IMG/VR virus record: IMGVR_UViG_3300045988_183322 | Strand: one strand, 5' to 3' | DNA length: 64,000 nucleotides | DNA from: a virus | Part shown: positions 1-10,060 of the stretch, one piece after another | How positions within the stretch are numbered: position 1 is the stretch's first letter | Layout: each line of letters starts with the position of its first letter | Notes under the pieces: generated by a model | Database searches by the model: none | Told to the model about the DNA's origin: nothing | Seen by the model: the letters and a program-made list of their open reading frames with translations, nothing else | Translations under genes and position numbers: made by a program

Positions 1-262
1 ATGGCTTCTTCAATTTTAGAACTAGGGATAAATAAATAATCCAAATCTATCCCTATCAGATAATCTAAATCGTTATACTTGAAAACTTCTCTTTCAAAGA
101 GGGCTCCTAATGTTTCCCCTCGTTCATTATCAATTTCAGAAAAAATGATGTTATTGTCTTCCTTTTCAAAAAAAGGAGGTTCTTTCAAAAAAGAATAAAC
201 ATTTGTATTTTCAGGTTGAATTATGCTCTTGGTGTAAAGTAAAATGATACGGATTTTCTTCA
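1..262 (-). CDS. hypothetical protein, partial. The start codon is at 262 and the gene runs off the left window edge.
   Basis: The minus-strand ATG at 260-262 opens a frame with no stop down to position 1 (MKKIRIILLYTKSIIQPEN...). It is absent from the ORF track because it is incomplete. Confidence 0.25.
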
Positions 263-277
263 TTCAAAAAATTTAAT

Positions 278-943
278 ATGTTCAATTTTATTGCAGAAAC
301 GTCAATTCATGACACAATCATTTCCATTGCGAACTTGATTGGGTACATCATTGCTGTAGGGGTTGGAGGCACTGGATATCATTATTTAAATAAATCCAAA
401 AATAATTCAGAGAAAGAAAAAGGGGTAATAAATGAAATTTCATCTTCTATTATAAAGAATAAAATTATACAGTCTTGCCTAAGAGATTGCAGACAGTCTA
501 TCGATGCTGACCGCGCTCTGATTTTCTTATATCATAACGGGGAAATATTTGCAAACGGAAATCATCTACTGAAAGTGTCATGCGCTTTTGAAAGCCTTAA
601 CACGGGAATCACAAGCGTTTCTCCAAACTATCTAAATATCCCATATGTTATATTTAGAAAATGGGATGTAGGAAAAAAAGGAAATCCTTCTGTTTTTCAT
701 ATAAGTAAAAAAAATGATAATAATGAAGACCCACTTCTTGTTCAAATGCTAATAGAAGGTGGGGTGGAAAGTAAATATACTTTACCATTAGATAATGAGT
801 TCGGGGCCAATATTGGTTTCATTTCATTCCATTATTTAAGGGAAACAAATTTGAATGAAGATGAAATGAGAACATTAAAAACAATACCTCATAAAATAGC
901 AAGAGTTTTAAGCTCTTCCGCAATTGAAGAAAAGAAAAAATAA
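278..943 (+). CDS. membrane-anchored protein immediately upstream of the endolysin; candidate holin-like or lysis-associated protein
   Basis: It has a hydrophobic N-terminal segment (ISIANLIGYIIAVGVGGTGY) followed by a soluble domain. It sits 12 bp upstream of the endolysin gene. No family was recognised. Confidence 0.3.
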   Translation: MFNFIAETSIHDTIISIANLIGYIIAVGVGGTGYHYLNKSKNNSEKEKGVINEISSSIIKNKIIQSCLRDCRQSIDADRALIFLYHNGEIFANGNHLLKVSCAFESLNTGITSVSPNYLNIPYVIFRKWDVGKKGNPSVFHISKKNDNNEDPLLVQMLIEGGVESKYTLPLDNEFGANIGFISFHYLRETNLNEDEMRTLKTIPHKIARVLSSSAIEEKKK

Positions 944-955
944 TAAGTTGAATAT

Positions 956-1684
956 ATGAATTTTACTTATAATGTTAATTGGAAACCAATTCAAAAGAAA
1001 CTTAATATTGATGCTGATGGATATGCAGGTAAAAATACATTAAAGGCATTGAGTAATTATTTTGGTTGTGATGAAAATTGGAAATCTATCCAACTTGCAA
1101 TTGGAACAACAGCAGATGGTATTGCAGGACAAAATACTATTTCAAAAATTATGGAAAAGATGGGGATAGAAACTTTTTCGAACTCTAATATATTGCCGCA
1201 ATCCAAAGTCCGCACAAATAAATCTGTTTATGGAAGAGCAGGGGATGAAAGCAATTTAGTAAATGTTCCTGTTCCAACCAATTATCCTTTAAAGTATGAA
1301 GGAAAACCAGTTAAGACTATTCGAATTCATAAATTAGTAAAGGACAATCTTTCGAAAGCCCTACAAGAGATTGCAGATTATTATGAAAATAAATATGGTT
1401 CAGTTGAGGAAGCCGTAAAAAAGGTTCCGGGAATCTATAATTATTCTGGCTCCTACAATTTTAGAAAAACAACTGCTGGTTCTGTTTATAGCATGCACGC
1501 CTATGGTTTAGCTTTGGACTTTGATGCCGAAAATAATACTTATCATATGAAAAAAGATAAGGCTCGCCTTGCCAGACCAGAATATAAAGAGTTTTTTGAT
1601 ATTTTAGAAAAATATGGATGTTATTCTTTAGGCAGAAGGTCTAATTTGGATTGGATGCACATACAATTTTCAGATTGGAATTAA
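956..1684 (+). CDS. endolysin: two peptidoglycan-binding repeats plus a peptidase M15 domain (VanY/L-alanyl-D-glutamate peptidase-like)
   Basis: There are two PG_binding_1-like repeats (DADGYAGKNTLKAL and ADGIAGQNTISKI). The zinc-peptidase M15 signatures S-x-H-x-x-G-x-A-x-D (SMHAYGLALDFD) and D-x-x-H (DWMHIQ) are both present. Confidence 0.75.
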   Translation: MNFTYNVNWKPIQKKLNIDADGYAGKNTLKALSNYFGCDENWKSIQLAIGTTADGIAGQNTISKIMEKMGIETFSNSNILPQSKVRTNKSVYGRAGDESNLVNVPVPTNYPLKYEGKPVKTIRIHKLVKDNLSKALQEIADYYENKYGSVEEAVKKVPGIYNYSGSYNFRKTTAGSVYSMHAYGLALDFDAENNTYHMKKDKARLARPEYKEFFDILEKYGCYSLGRRSNLDWMHIQFSDWN

Positions 1685-1756
1685 ACGAGTTATGAATATT
1701 ATGTCATGGCTTGTATTTTTTAATGCACATTCACTAAGGTTTTGCTGTAATATCTC

Positions 1757-3448
1757 TTGATGAAACAAGAGATAAGAAGGCTATTTAAAGGAATACATCA
1801 TCCAAGAACTTTACATAAAATACTCAAGGACAATCCAGAGATAGTTGAGTACGCCAAAAGTGAAATAGAGAAATATTCGTATTATGAAAAAGTCGGATAT
1901 TATATCATATCTATAGCAAACGACATTGAGATAAAAAAGTGCCCTGTTTGTGGAAAAGAATTAAGCTATACTCAATGCATAAAGAATAAAAAGATATTTT
2001 GTAGTAGGTCTTGTTCAGCAACATATCAATTTTCTCATAAAAAAGATGCCTCTAAAAAAAAGCGTAGTACAGTAAAGTTACCTGCTCTTCCTTTATTTCC
2101 AATAAATGAAAAGGTAACATTGAGTAAACTAAGATGCCTGTATGCAGGAGCCGATATTACAAGGCTAAGATATGTAATAGCAAAGAACTCTTCAATCTTA
2201 TGTTTTTGCCAAAAAGCATTAGAAAAACATAAGGAATATCAAACAGAACAAATATTTCTTTACTGCATAATAAATAATCTAAAATTAAAAAAATGTAAGT
2301 TATGTGGAAAAAAGATGAACTATTATAAGTCCTATACTAGGCCAACATTTTATTGTTCATCAAAATGTAGTCACGCATCTTCTTCTTATAAAGAAAAGCA
2401 ACAAAAAAGTCATAACGATAGAAAATACGAAATATTAGTTCAGAGAGCCAGAGAAAAAAATTATGGAGTAATTACTCTTCGAGATGATTATAAGACTTCA
2501 AATCAAATTGAACTAAAGTGCTTAAAATGCAATAAAGTTTTCTCATCTCCATTATTGAATATATACAGAGACATGAGATGCCCATCTTGCGATAAAGTCT
2601 CATCTTTTTCATTCGAGAAAAAAATACGAGGCTTTATCTATTCATTAAACATAGATTTTACTTACAATAAGAAAGTTCTTCCTGATAAAAAAGAATTAGA
2701 TATATTTGTTCCTTCTAGAAATATCGCTATTGAATGCGATGGTCTCTATTGGCATTCATCTAAAAATGGAAAAGATAGAAACTATCATCTAAAGAAAACA
2801 AAACAGTGTGAAGAAAAGGGGATTTTTCTAATCCATATTTTTGAAGACGAATGGAGAGAAAAAAATAAAATTGTCAAGAATCGAATTAAATATATTCTCG
2901 GCAAAGCATCTTATAAGATAGGGGCAAGGGAATGCCGTATATCTCCAATTTCTAATGATGAAAGTAAAAAATTTTTAGATAAATATCATATTCAAGGAAA
3001 TGTATCTTCTCCTGTGAGATATGGATTATTTAAAAGAAACAGGCTAATAGCTGTAATGACTTTTGGCAAAAGCCGCTTCAACAAAAATTATGATTGGGAG
3101 CTTCTTAGATATTGTACTATTCCTAATTTCAATATAATAGGTGGGGCTTCTAAATTATTAAATCATTTTAGAAACCATCATTCTGGTTCTATTATTTCCT
3201 ATGCAGATAAAAGATGGAGCGATGGAAATCTTTATAGAAAACTTGGATTTATAGAATTAAAAGACAGTCAACCAAACTATTTTTATGTCAAAGACATAAG
3301 AAGATTTTCTAGAAATCAGTTTCAAAAGCACAAACTCAAAGATATTCTTAAAAAGTTTGACCCACTAATGACAGAAAAAGAAAATATGCTTGCTAATGGC
3401 TATTCTATTATTTGGGATTGCGGAAATAAAGTGTTTTCTTTAGAATAA
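1757..3448 (+). CDS. zinc-ribbon-rich endonuclease with a Vsr/DUF559-like PD-(D/E)xK core and a C-terminal domain of unknown function; putative free-standing homing endonuclease
   Basis: Three to four CxxC...C(S)xxCS zinc-ribbon units are present (CPVCGKEL...FCSRSCS, CKLCGKKM...YCSSKCS, CLKCNKV...CPSCD). The IAIECDGLYWHS motif resembles the E-x-DG-x-x-H core of Vsr/DUF559 endonucleases. The C-terminal block (IIGGASKLLNHF...ISYADKRWSDGNLY) is conserved-looking but unassigned. Confidence 0.45.
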   Translation: MMKQEIRRLFKGIHHPRTLHKILKDNPEIVEYAKSEIEKYSYYEKVGYYIISIANDIEIKKCPVCGKELSYTQCIKNKKIFCSRSCSATYQFSHKKDASKKKRSTVKLPALPLFPINEKVTLSKLRCLYAGADITRLRYVIAKNSSILCFCQKALEKHKEYQTEQIFLYCIINNLKLKKCKLCGKKMNYYKSYTRPTFYCSSKCSHASSSYKEKQQKSHNDRKYEILVQRAREKNYGVITLRDDYKTSNQIELKCLKCNKVFSSPLLNIYRDMRCPSCDKVSSFSFEKKIRGFIYSLNIDFTYNKKVLPDKKELDIFVPSRNIAIECDGLYWHSSKNGKDRNYHLKKTKQCEEKGIFLIHIFEDEWREKNKIVKNRIKYILGKASYKIGARECRISPISNDESKKFLDKYHIQGNVSSPVRYGLFKRNRLIAVMTFGKSRFNKNYDWELLRYCTIPNFNIIGGASKLLNHFRNHHSGSIISYADKRWSDGNLYRKLGFIELKDSQPNYFYVKDIRRFSRNQFQKHKLKDILKKFDPLMTEKENMLANGYSIIWDCGNKVFSLE

Positions 3449-3498
3449 TGTAGTTCAGTTACTTTCCTATAGCACCTGAAAAGGGGCAGGATTTAACA

Positions 3499-3780
3499 TT
3501 ATCGCGCGGCCTCGCTTTCATCAGAAAGCAGGTTTGCGTCTTTTCTATTTATGTCTGCAACTTCTTTCATGAGATTCATAAGTCTCTGTGAGGGTTCTTG
3601 CGAACTTTGTCTAATAGAACAAAACAGCTTGCTCGGTTCTTTGGAATAAGTCCGCTTGATTTGTTCGCCCGCTACTCCCGCAGGTCTGCTGTACCAAACA
3701 GAGGAGTTCTTCAAGCGGCGTTTTAGCATCTCTTGTCTCAAACTCATTTTAGAATGTTGTCCTAAATCCTTTAACAACAA
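3499..3780 (-). CDS. hypothetical small protein in a GC-rich patch
   Basis: This 93 aa ORF lies in a roughly 300 bp stretch that is visibly GC-richer than its surroundings (gcgcggcctcgc...). It overlaps the 3' end of the 769 aa gene by 32 nt. Whether it is coding is uncertain. Confidence 0.2.
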   Translation of the reverse strand: MLLKDLGQHSKMSLRQEMLKRRLKNSSVWYSRPAGVAGEQIKRTYSKEPSKLFCSIRQSSQEPSQRLMNLMKEVADINRKDANLLSDESEAAR

Positions 3781-6058
3781 CTGGGTGCTTTAACTGATAA
3801 TAAGGGTCTGCATAAGCAAATGCCCCAATTCTCTTTCCTGTATAAAAATAAGAGTTTGGAGAATTCTCATTTTTCTTAGGAATCTTTTCTTTTGTTTTTG
3901 AATTAAAAGAAGATAAAAATCGAACTTGCCAATCTTTAAGTTTTTCTTCTTTATCGACTGTTCTAACAAATAATCCTTCATATGTACTTCCATCCTCTTG
4001 AACAGCATACAATCTCCATCCTTCTGGAGAAGAACCATCATAAGGCATAGATAAATCGCTAAAACTTATTATGCTATAGCCATTCCATGTATCTTCATGT
4101 TGAGCTGGTTCAGTCGTTTTATAATAGATATCCTCATCATTATCAGAAACACGATTAATTTCCAATCTTATTTTAGACGAAACAACAGAATCGGCAACGG
4201 AAGAATCTTTAACGATAAAATATAATTTTTGCAATTTTAATGTAGACGAACTATTAAAAATATTACCTACCATAATCCACCCATTTTTAAATAAATCAAT
4301 AGAATTATCAGTTAAAGGCCAATCGCCAGAAGCATCTCTAGGCTCTTGTGGAGGTCTAACACCTCGATAAGGATAAGAGTATTGATAAGGATAAAGTCCA
4401 TATGTTTCCACACCGCATGCACTAGCCATCCAAACCTCCCCTCCTAAATCATCTGAAACAGGGATTTTTAGAAATCTATCTTGAGCTTTAGGAGAAACAA
4501 TTTTCGATGTTCTAAATGGAAACCAATTTAGACCGGGATTAGAACCATCTTCATCAATTATATTTAAATAATATTCATCAGAATCTCTATTAAAAACTAC
4601 TGCATCCTCTTGATTAGGAGCAAAAGGCTCGGTAGAAAACTTGGGAAAATGAAATCTTACTTTAACTACGCCTTCTTCTGGAGAAACAATTATTTCGCAA
4701 GAGGCCGAATCAAGAATAGACGTGTATTCCCAATATTCTGTATCTGGTTGACCAACCCATTCGCTAGGAATAATTATTTTCTTTCGAGTACAAATTTGGG
4801 CTTTTTTATAAGTATTATAAATACTTGGCGACCAGCTATTTGGATAGATGATTTCAATATATGAAATTTCGCTATAATTTAATACTTGCGTGCCTTCTAT
4901 AACAAAGAATGGTGCTTCATCCTGTGCTTTAGTATGGACAACAGTATCAGAAGGAACTAAAGCTCCATAATGGACATTTCTTCTATCATTAGCAAATCCT
5001 TCTCCAAAAACTTCCAACAATAGTCCACAATAGCCAGAAGTAATATAATGAGAAACTTTGAATTCCAAAGGAGAAGCCCCCATGTTCATATGTTCGCCAC
5101 CGACAGAAGTATTCACTAGTTCGCCAGCATTATTGAGAGTTAGATAGTATTCATTAAAATAAGTATTGCCAGAATCCGACTTAGCTTGAATAGAGTATGT
5201 TGCGGTTTGCCACATTGCAATAGGAAAACCATCAAAAATTAGCGGCTCTTCTGAATTAACAACAGAAAAAGCGGTATTTTGTTCAATAGCTACTGGGTCC
5301 TCTCCACGAGAGCCAGCTAAAAAATCAATACAACTGACAACCATACATGAAGGTTCCTCTTGCTGAGGGCACATATATCCATAGCCTTTTCTAAAAACAA
5401 TACCTTTTCCAATATTATCATAAGGGACTAAAGTAAAATGATAATCATAATATGGGTCAACTTGAGTGATAGAGAACTGATGAATTTTACTTTCTCCAAA
5501 TGACCAATATGTCATAATATAATGCTCATCATCAATAGGAAAATCAGGCTCATCTTTAGAACCATAGACTTCAATTTTTTGAAGGAATCTCCATCCAGCA
5601 GAAAAATATACATTCATTTGGATTTCTCCCATGATAGGAGATAAATCATATTCAATTTCTGCGCCACAATCGCTTGCCCTTCTTCGGCAATCCTGAACAA
5701 TTACATTAGAGATTTCCGGAGAAGGAATAGTAATCAATGCATTCGCTTCGTCAAAATGAGTATATTCTTCATCCAACGGCATTTTATCCCATAATTTAAC
5801 TAAAACATCAAACTTCCTATCATTCTCTGGATAAATATCCAATTTGGGGTCAATAGTTTGCGCCCTAATTTCTTCATATGGAGAATCTTCATTTGTTCTC
5901 ATATAAAATTGAAGAAATGGAGAATATAAAGAAGCTAAATAATCTGTAGCTTTTACTAATTTTTTACCAGACCTATCTTTTCCTTCAACATACAAAACAG
6001 GATTCCCCTCTACAGAAAATTTATAAGAAACTCTTGGTGCTAAATCAAAACTCTTCAT
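3749..6058 (-). CDS. tail fiber or virion structural protein (769 aa)
   Basis: It is the last gene of the L-K-I-J-like tail-tip operon, large and beta-rich by composition. No motif was recognised. Confidence 0.35.
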   Translation of the reverse strand: MKSFDLAPRVSYKFSVEGNPVLYVEGKDRSGKKLVKATDYLASLYSPFLQFYMRTNEDSPYEEIRAQTIDPKLDIYPENDRKFDVLVKLWDKMPLDEEYTHFDEANALITIPSPEISNVIVQDCRRRASDCGAEIEYDLSPIMGEIQMNVYFSAGWRFLQKIEVYGSKDEPDFPIDDEHYIMTYWSFGESKIHQFSITQVDPYYDYHFTLVPYDNIGKGIVFRKGYGYMCPQQEEPSCMVVSCIDFLAGSRGEDPVAIEQNTAFSVVNSEEPLIFDGFPIAMWQTATYSIQAKSDSGNTYFNEYYLTLNNAGELVNTSVGGEHMNMGASPLEFKVSHYITSGYCGLLLEVFGEGFANDRRNVHYGALVPSDTVVHTKAQDEAPFFVIEGTQVLNYSEISYIEIIYPNSWSPSIYNTYKKAQICTRKKIIIPSEWVGQPDTEYWEYTSILDSASCEIIVSPEEGVVKVRFHFPKFSTEPFAPNQEDAVVFNRDSDEYYLNIIDEDGSNPGLNWFPFRTSKIVSPKAQDRFLKIPVSDDLGGEVWMASACGVETYGLYPYQYSYPYRGVRPPQEPRDASGDWPLTDNSIDLFKNGWIMVGNIFNSSSTLKLQKLYFIVKDSSVADSVVSSKIRLEINRVSDNDEDIYYKTTEPAQHEDTWNGYSIISFSDLSMPYDGSSPEGWRLYAVQEDGSTYEGLFVRTVDKEEKLKDWQVRFLSSFNSKTKEKIPKKNENSPNSYFYTGKRIGAFAYADPYYQLKHPVVVKGFRTTF

Positions 6059-6059
6059 C

Positions 6060-9032
6060 TTATCTTCTCCCTTCTGCCTTCAACATAGTTATTTCTGGAC
6101 TTCTTAGAGTCATAGCCTCATCAACAAAATAATGGATAATCGAAGATGGATATCGACTTGCTAAATCATCAGCATTTAATGTCCACATATAAAAATAATA
6201 TTTATCTGATTCGGCACTAAAATAATAAGAAGTATCTCTATCAGCAGAAACTGTAATATCTATAAAAACTTGATTGGCTGAATTTTTGACGATAATCTTA
6301 TAAGCGGAAGCATGTTCTACAGCATCCCAAGTTAAAGTTAATCTTCCTAAATACCCTGTCTCTGGACTATCAAAAGATTCTTTTACAGCAAGATTATCTG
6401 GAGCAGGAAGAATACCCATCATTTTATCATACTCATCATCAGACATATCTTGATAATCCTTATTATAATTTTCGCTATTCGAAGCGTATAAAACTGGGTC
6501 ATTAGAAATTAAAGGAGAGGACTTTAATTTTGCAATAGATTTATAATGATTTTGTAAAGGAGTAGCAAGTTCTTCATACTGTTCTCTAGAAACATATGTT
6601 CCTACAACAGTATAAACACCATTACCTTCATCCCTAATAGTAGATAATCTATAAATTTGAGTAGAATTATCTTTTAAAGAAATAGAAACAACAGAACCTA
6701 TATAAAATCCACTAAAATCTGGACCAACATATTTCTTATGAACATAAAAAATTGTTTCTTCTACCCCAATAACCCATTTATCAGAAACTAATTGAAATAT
6801 GGTTTCTGGTGTAGGTTGTCCAGCTCCCCCCAAGGATTTATTAGGATTACTCCTATAAACTTGTATAATGATTTCTCCGTCGATATCAGCGCGTTCTAAA
6901 TCTAAAACGGTATCTACAGTAAAAGATAAATAATCATCTGCGTCTGGACCATGAATATCAACTAATCGCGCATAATTAACTGTTAAATTTATTAAATCAT
7001 CATCAACCAAAAACAAATCATTTAACTGCAACAATAAAGCATCATATCCTACAGAAAAAGATACTGTTTGGATAGCCTGAGATGATTGGACCAAAAATCT
7101 GTCTCCTATTCTTCGCGCCATCCCTTTAGAGCAACATCCCCAAGCATTCATAGCGACTTTTACGACTCCATTGTCTTTCAAGTCGCTTTCGTTCATTGCA
7201 TATTCAACTTTAGATTTATATAAATCTGTTTCATCATTATAAGTTACTTCAACCAAATTATATCTTTCATCTCTTCTGGACGAAGTATAGATAAATAATC
7301 CATCTACTACATTTCTATTATTAAATAACGCTCTAATTCGCGAATTAGATTCTTTATGAGTTAAAGAAATCTTACCATTATTCCAATAAAGAGAGGCATC
7401 TATTAAACCTAAAATTGAACTAACAACTTCTAACGTTTTCATCCTGTCCTTTAAAGTAGCAGAAAAGGAAAATCTTGGCTCTAGACCACCAAAACCATTA
7501 GAAAACCCAATAAAGTTCCCTTCTTCATCTACCCCATCACAATATTTTGCTACCTCATAAAACGAAAACATATCAATGTCTTCCATTGAAATGAAAGAAC
7601 CGAGGCCATACCTAGAATTAGTCAATAAATCCAAAGTTATCCAAACTGGATTATCTGTCCATCTCTTTACCAAAGAAATATAATCCCATTCGCCAACATA
7701 AACCTGTAATTTTTCTTCTTCTGTTGGCTTATCAATCGCTCTCTTATAACGCCTTCTATCCCTTTTGTGCTCCTTATAAATAGGAATTTTATTTCCCTCT
7801 TCGTCAAGAATAAAATTACCTTTGCTATCTTTTTCGTAACCGATGATTTCATATTCAGTTATCATCGGTTGGTAATTATTAGGGACGAAAACTTTCATTA
7901 GTCTCGCTAGATAAGCACGTTTAGGAACATTGGAAAATGTTCTTGCATCGCTTTTAACAGCCCCTAATGCACATAATGGATATTGCAAGAACATAGGGGA
8001 ATACTCACAAACTTTAGAAAGTGCTACAGTACGTTTAATGAGCGTAGAATAAGTTTCTGGAGTTGTTTTAGCCACCCTTAAAAATTTATAGGAAGTGTCT
8101 TCTCCACTCCAATTCTCCGGGAAAAAATATTTATCCATATTAACACCCGGTCTTCTATTTGAAATGACTCCCTGAAAAACCTTATATGGATTTTCAAAAT
8201 AGTTGTTAGCACCAAAATCAATAAAAACTTGGGATGTCGCCATCCCATACAAAACATAATGCTTTTTACCAGCAACTTCTTCTTTGCCATCTAAAGTAAC
8301 ACGACCCCAAGTTACATCAAATTCACAAAGTGTAGCATAATTGACTCCAGCTTTATATTCTTTGCCTGATATACTTCCCGGAATCCTATTATCTTTTTTA
8401 CTTCTCAAAGAGCCATCTTGACCTCCATCGATAGAACAAGTGTCGAATAATTGTTGTATGCCTATTGTAAAAGAAAAATAAATACAATCCTTATTTTTAA
8501 TTATATATGTTGCAGGGTCAGCAGTTTCATTAATATATTTTGAAGCTGTGTCCCACCATTTAGAGAAATCTTTATTATCATTAGCGGAACGAACGTCAAT
8601 GGAGTTCCATCCTTCTTTAGCTTGCCCATCACTCCTATTGTTAGGGAATAAATGCGGCCCAAATAAAGAACGATTGACATTATATTCCATTGAAGGACGA
8701 TTAAACCCTCTTAATGTGTCTTGATTAGAAAAACCTAATCTAGTATCATAAGCAAATCTTTGAAAATTATAAGAACCAGAAAGGTTCATCATTGGAACCT
8801 CGTCTAAATAAATAGCTTGAGGGATATCTTCTCCAACAACATTTTCCCCTGCTTCGCTAACAAAACCTTCAATGGGGCCTTCTGAAATAACATCAATAGC
8901 TTGGAAAGCCATGTTATTAACAAGAACATCTTCGACAGTATCAGGGTCAGGCGGATTTAATTTTGCTGGTTCCTGTTTGGCTTCACCACCACCACCACCA
9001 CCAATGATTTTTTTTACTTCAAAGTGTTTCAT
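6060..9032 (-). CDS. central tail fiber / host specificity protein J-like (990 aa)
   Basis: A ~1000 aa protein sits immediately downstream of the I-like gene, as J does in lambda. It has an N-terminal poly-Gly linker (GGGGGG). The assignment is positional only. Confidence 0.35.
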   Translation of the reverse strand: MKHFEVKKIIGGGGGGEAKQEPAKLNPPDPDTVEDVLVNNMAFQAIDVISEGPIEGFVSEAGENVVGEDIPQAIYLDEVPMMNLSGSYNFQRFAYDTRLGFSNQDTLRGFNRPSMEYNVNRSLFGPHLFPNNRSDGQAKEGWNSIDVRSANDNKDFSKWWDTASKYINETADPATYIIKNKDCIYFSFTIGIQQLFDTCSIDGGQDGSLRSKKDNRIPGSISGKEYKAGVNYATLCEFDVTWGRVTLDGKEEVAGKKHYVLYGMATSQVFIDFGANNYFENPYKVFQGVISNRRPGVNMDKYFFPENWSGEDTSYKFLRVAKTTPETYSTLIKRTVALSKVCEYSPMFLQYPLCALGAVKSDARTFSNVPKRAYLARLMKVFVPNNYQPMITEYEIIGYEKDSKGNFILDEEGNKIPIYKEHKRDRRRYKRAIDKPTEEEKLQVYVGEWDYISLVKRWTDNPVWITLDLLTNSRYGLGSFISMEDIDMFSFYEVAKYCDGVDEEGNFIGFSNGFGGLEPRFSFSATLKDRMKTLEVVSSILGLIDASLYWNNGKISLTHKESNSRIRALFNNRNVVDGLFIYTSSRRDERYNLVEVTYNDETDLYKSKVEYAMNESDLKDNGVVKVAMNAWGCCSKGMARRIGDRFLVQSSQAIQTVSFSVGYDALLLQLNDLFLVDDDLINLTVNYARLVDIHGPDADDYLSFTVDTVLDLERADIDGEIIIQVYRSNPNKSLGGAGQPTPETIFQLVSDKWVIGVEETIFYVHKKYVGPDFSGFYIGSVVSISLKDNSTQIYRLSTIRDEGNGVYTVVGTYVSREQYEELATPLQNHYKSIAKLKSSPLISNDPVLYASNSENYNKDYQDMSDDEYDKMMGILPAPDNLAVKESFDSPETGYLGRLTLTWDAVEHASAYKIIVKNSANQVFIDITVSADRDTSYYFSAESDKYYFYMWTLNADDLASRYPSSIIHYFVDEAMTLRSPEITMLKAEGRR

Positions 9033-9643
9033 CTTCCGCTCTCTTGGAGATAATCTTGCACTTCGACGTTTCCCCTTATGGAATTCAAAGAAGCGTAGAT
9101 AGACGTTCCGGGAACTAAAATCATTCCATACCCTAAAGGGACTGGCGTTCCCGAAGGAATACCTTGTTCTAATCCCATATAATTAGATGTCTTATTAGCA
9201 GACGTATCTGATTCTGCGCCTTGGCCGCCACCGCTAGGTTTAGAGAGAAGCGTTCCAATAGCAAGTAATGCGCCGCCAATCATAAGCATTGTCCCTGCTG
9301 ACATTCCTAAAATGGTTGTTGATAATAACGCCGCCGTTAAAGCTCCAGCGGTAAAAATAGCCCCAGCAACCGCTAAAACAGGAACTAAAACCCTAAATAT
9401 TCTTCCAATTCCCGCGCCGCAAATAATAGGAAGAATAATAAATTTCCCATCTTGTTTCATTAAAGTATATTCAAATCCATCTTTAGATAAGCGAATAATT
9501 CTATCTCTAAAACCTCTTAATTTTGAACAAAGCTCTTTTATGATATCTTTAATATCAGTAAAATACGTTTCGTATTTTAAATCATATTCAGTGCCTAAAA
9601 TTCCTTTAAACTCAACGATATACTTTTCCCTGCTCATAGTCAT
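9029..9643 (-). CDS. tail assembly protein I-like: small N-terminal domain plus a C-terminal glycine-zipper hydrophobic region
   Basis: This 204 aa protein lies directly downstream of the JAB (K-like) gene. Its C-terminal half is strongly hydrophobic and Gly/Ala-rich (ILPIICGAGIGRIF...LAVAGAIFTAGALTAALL...), as recalled for lambda gpI. Confidence 0.4.
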   Translation of the reverse strand: MTMSREKYIVEFKGILGTEYDLKYETYFTDIKDIIKELCSKLRGFRDRIIRLSKDGFEYTLMKQDGKFIILPIICGAGIGRIFRVLVPVLAVAGAIFTAGALTAALLSTTILGMSAGTMLMIGGALLAIGTLLSKPSGGGQGAESDTSANKTSNYMGLEQGIPSGTPVPLGYGMILVPGTSIYASLNSIRGNVEVQDYLQESGR

Positions 9644-10058
9644 GAATTATGATACTTTTTAAATCTTTAATTCCTTTTAAATAAGAAGATTTCTTATCTA
9701 AAATCTTGGGTAAAATTAAAGAAAAATTATTATCTCCAGCCCCATAAATAAGATATGGCAGACAAGTATTTCTACAGCCTAAATTATCATAAGCAGAAGG
9801 AGTAGATTCTTTTAAATGGTTATGATAAACAGCTATTATTTTATTTCTTATCAAAAAATCTAAATGGTCGTATGGACTGATTAAAAATGATTCATGCGGC
9901 TTATTGCACTTATTATCGCAAATAGCAACCACAAAACTTTTATGTCTTGGATTATAGCCTAAAAAACCGCAATTTTCAAGTGTGGGCATTTTTAAGCACT
10001 CATTTTCTATTCTTTGAAGGCACTCAGAAAGTGAGTCACAAAAAATTAAATCTTTCAT
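9612..10058 (-). CDS. JAB/MPN+ metalloprotease-domain protein (tail assembly protein K-like, without an NlpC/P60 domain)
   Basis: A JAMM motif is present: E (ENCGFLG)...H-N-H-x6-S-x2-D (YHNHLKESTPSAYD). It sits between the L-homolog and I-like genes. Confidence 0.55.
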   Translation of the reverse strand: MKDLIFCDSLSECLQRIENECLKMPTLENCGFLGYNPRHKSFVVAICDNKCNKPHESFLISPYDHLDFLIRNKIIAVYHNHLKESTPSAYDNLGCRNTCLPYLIYGAGDNNFSLILPKILDKKSSYLKGIKDLKSIIIHDYEQGKVYR

Positions 10059-10060
10059 TT

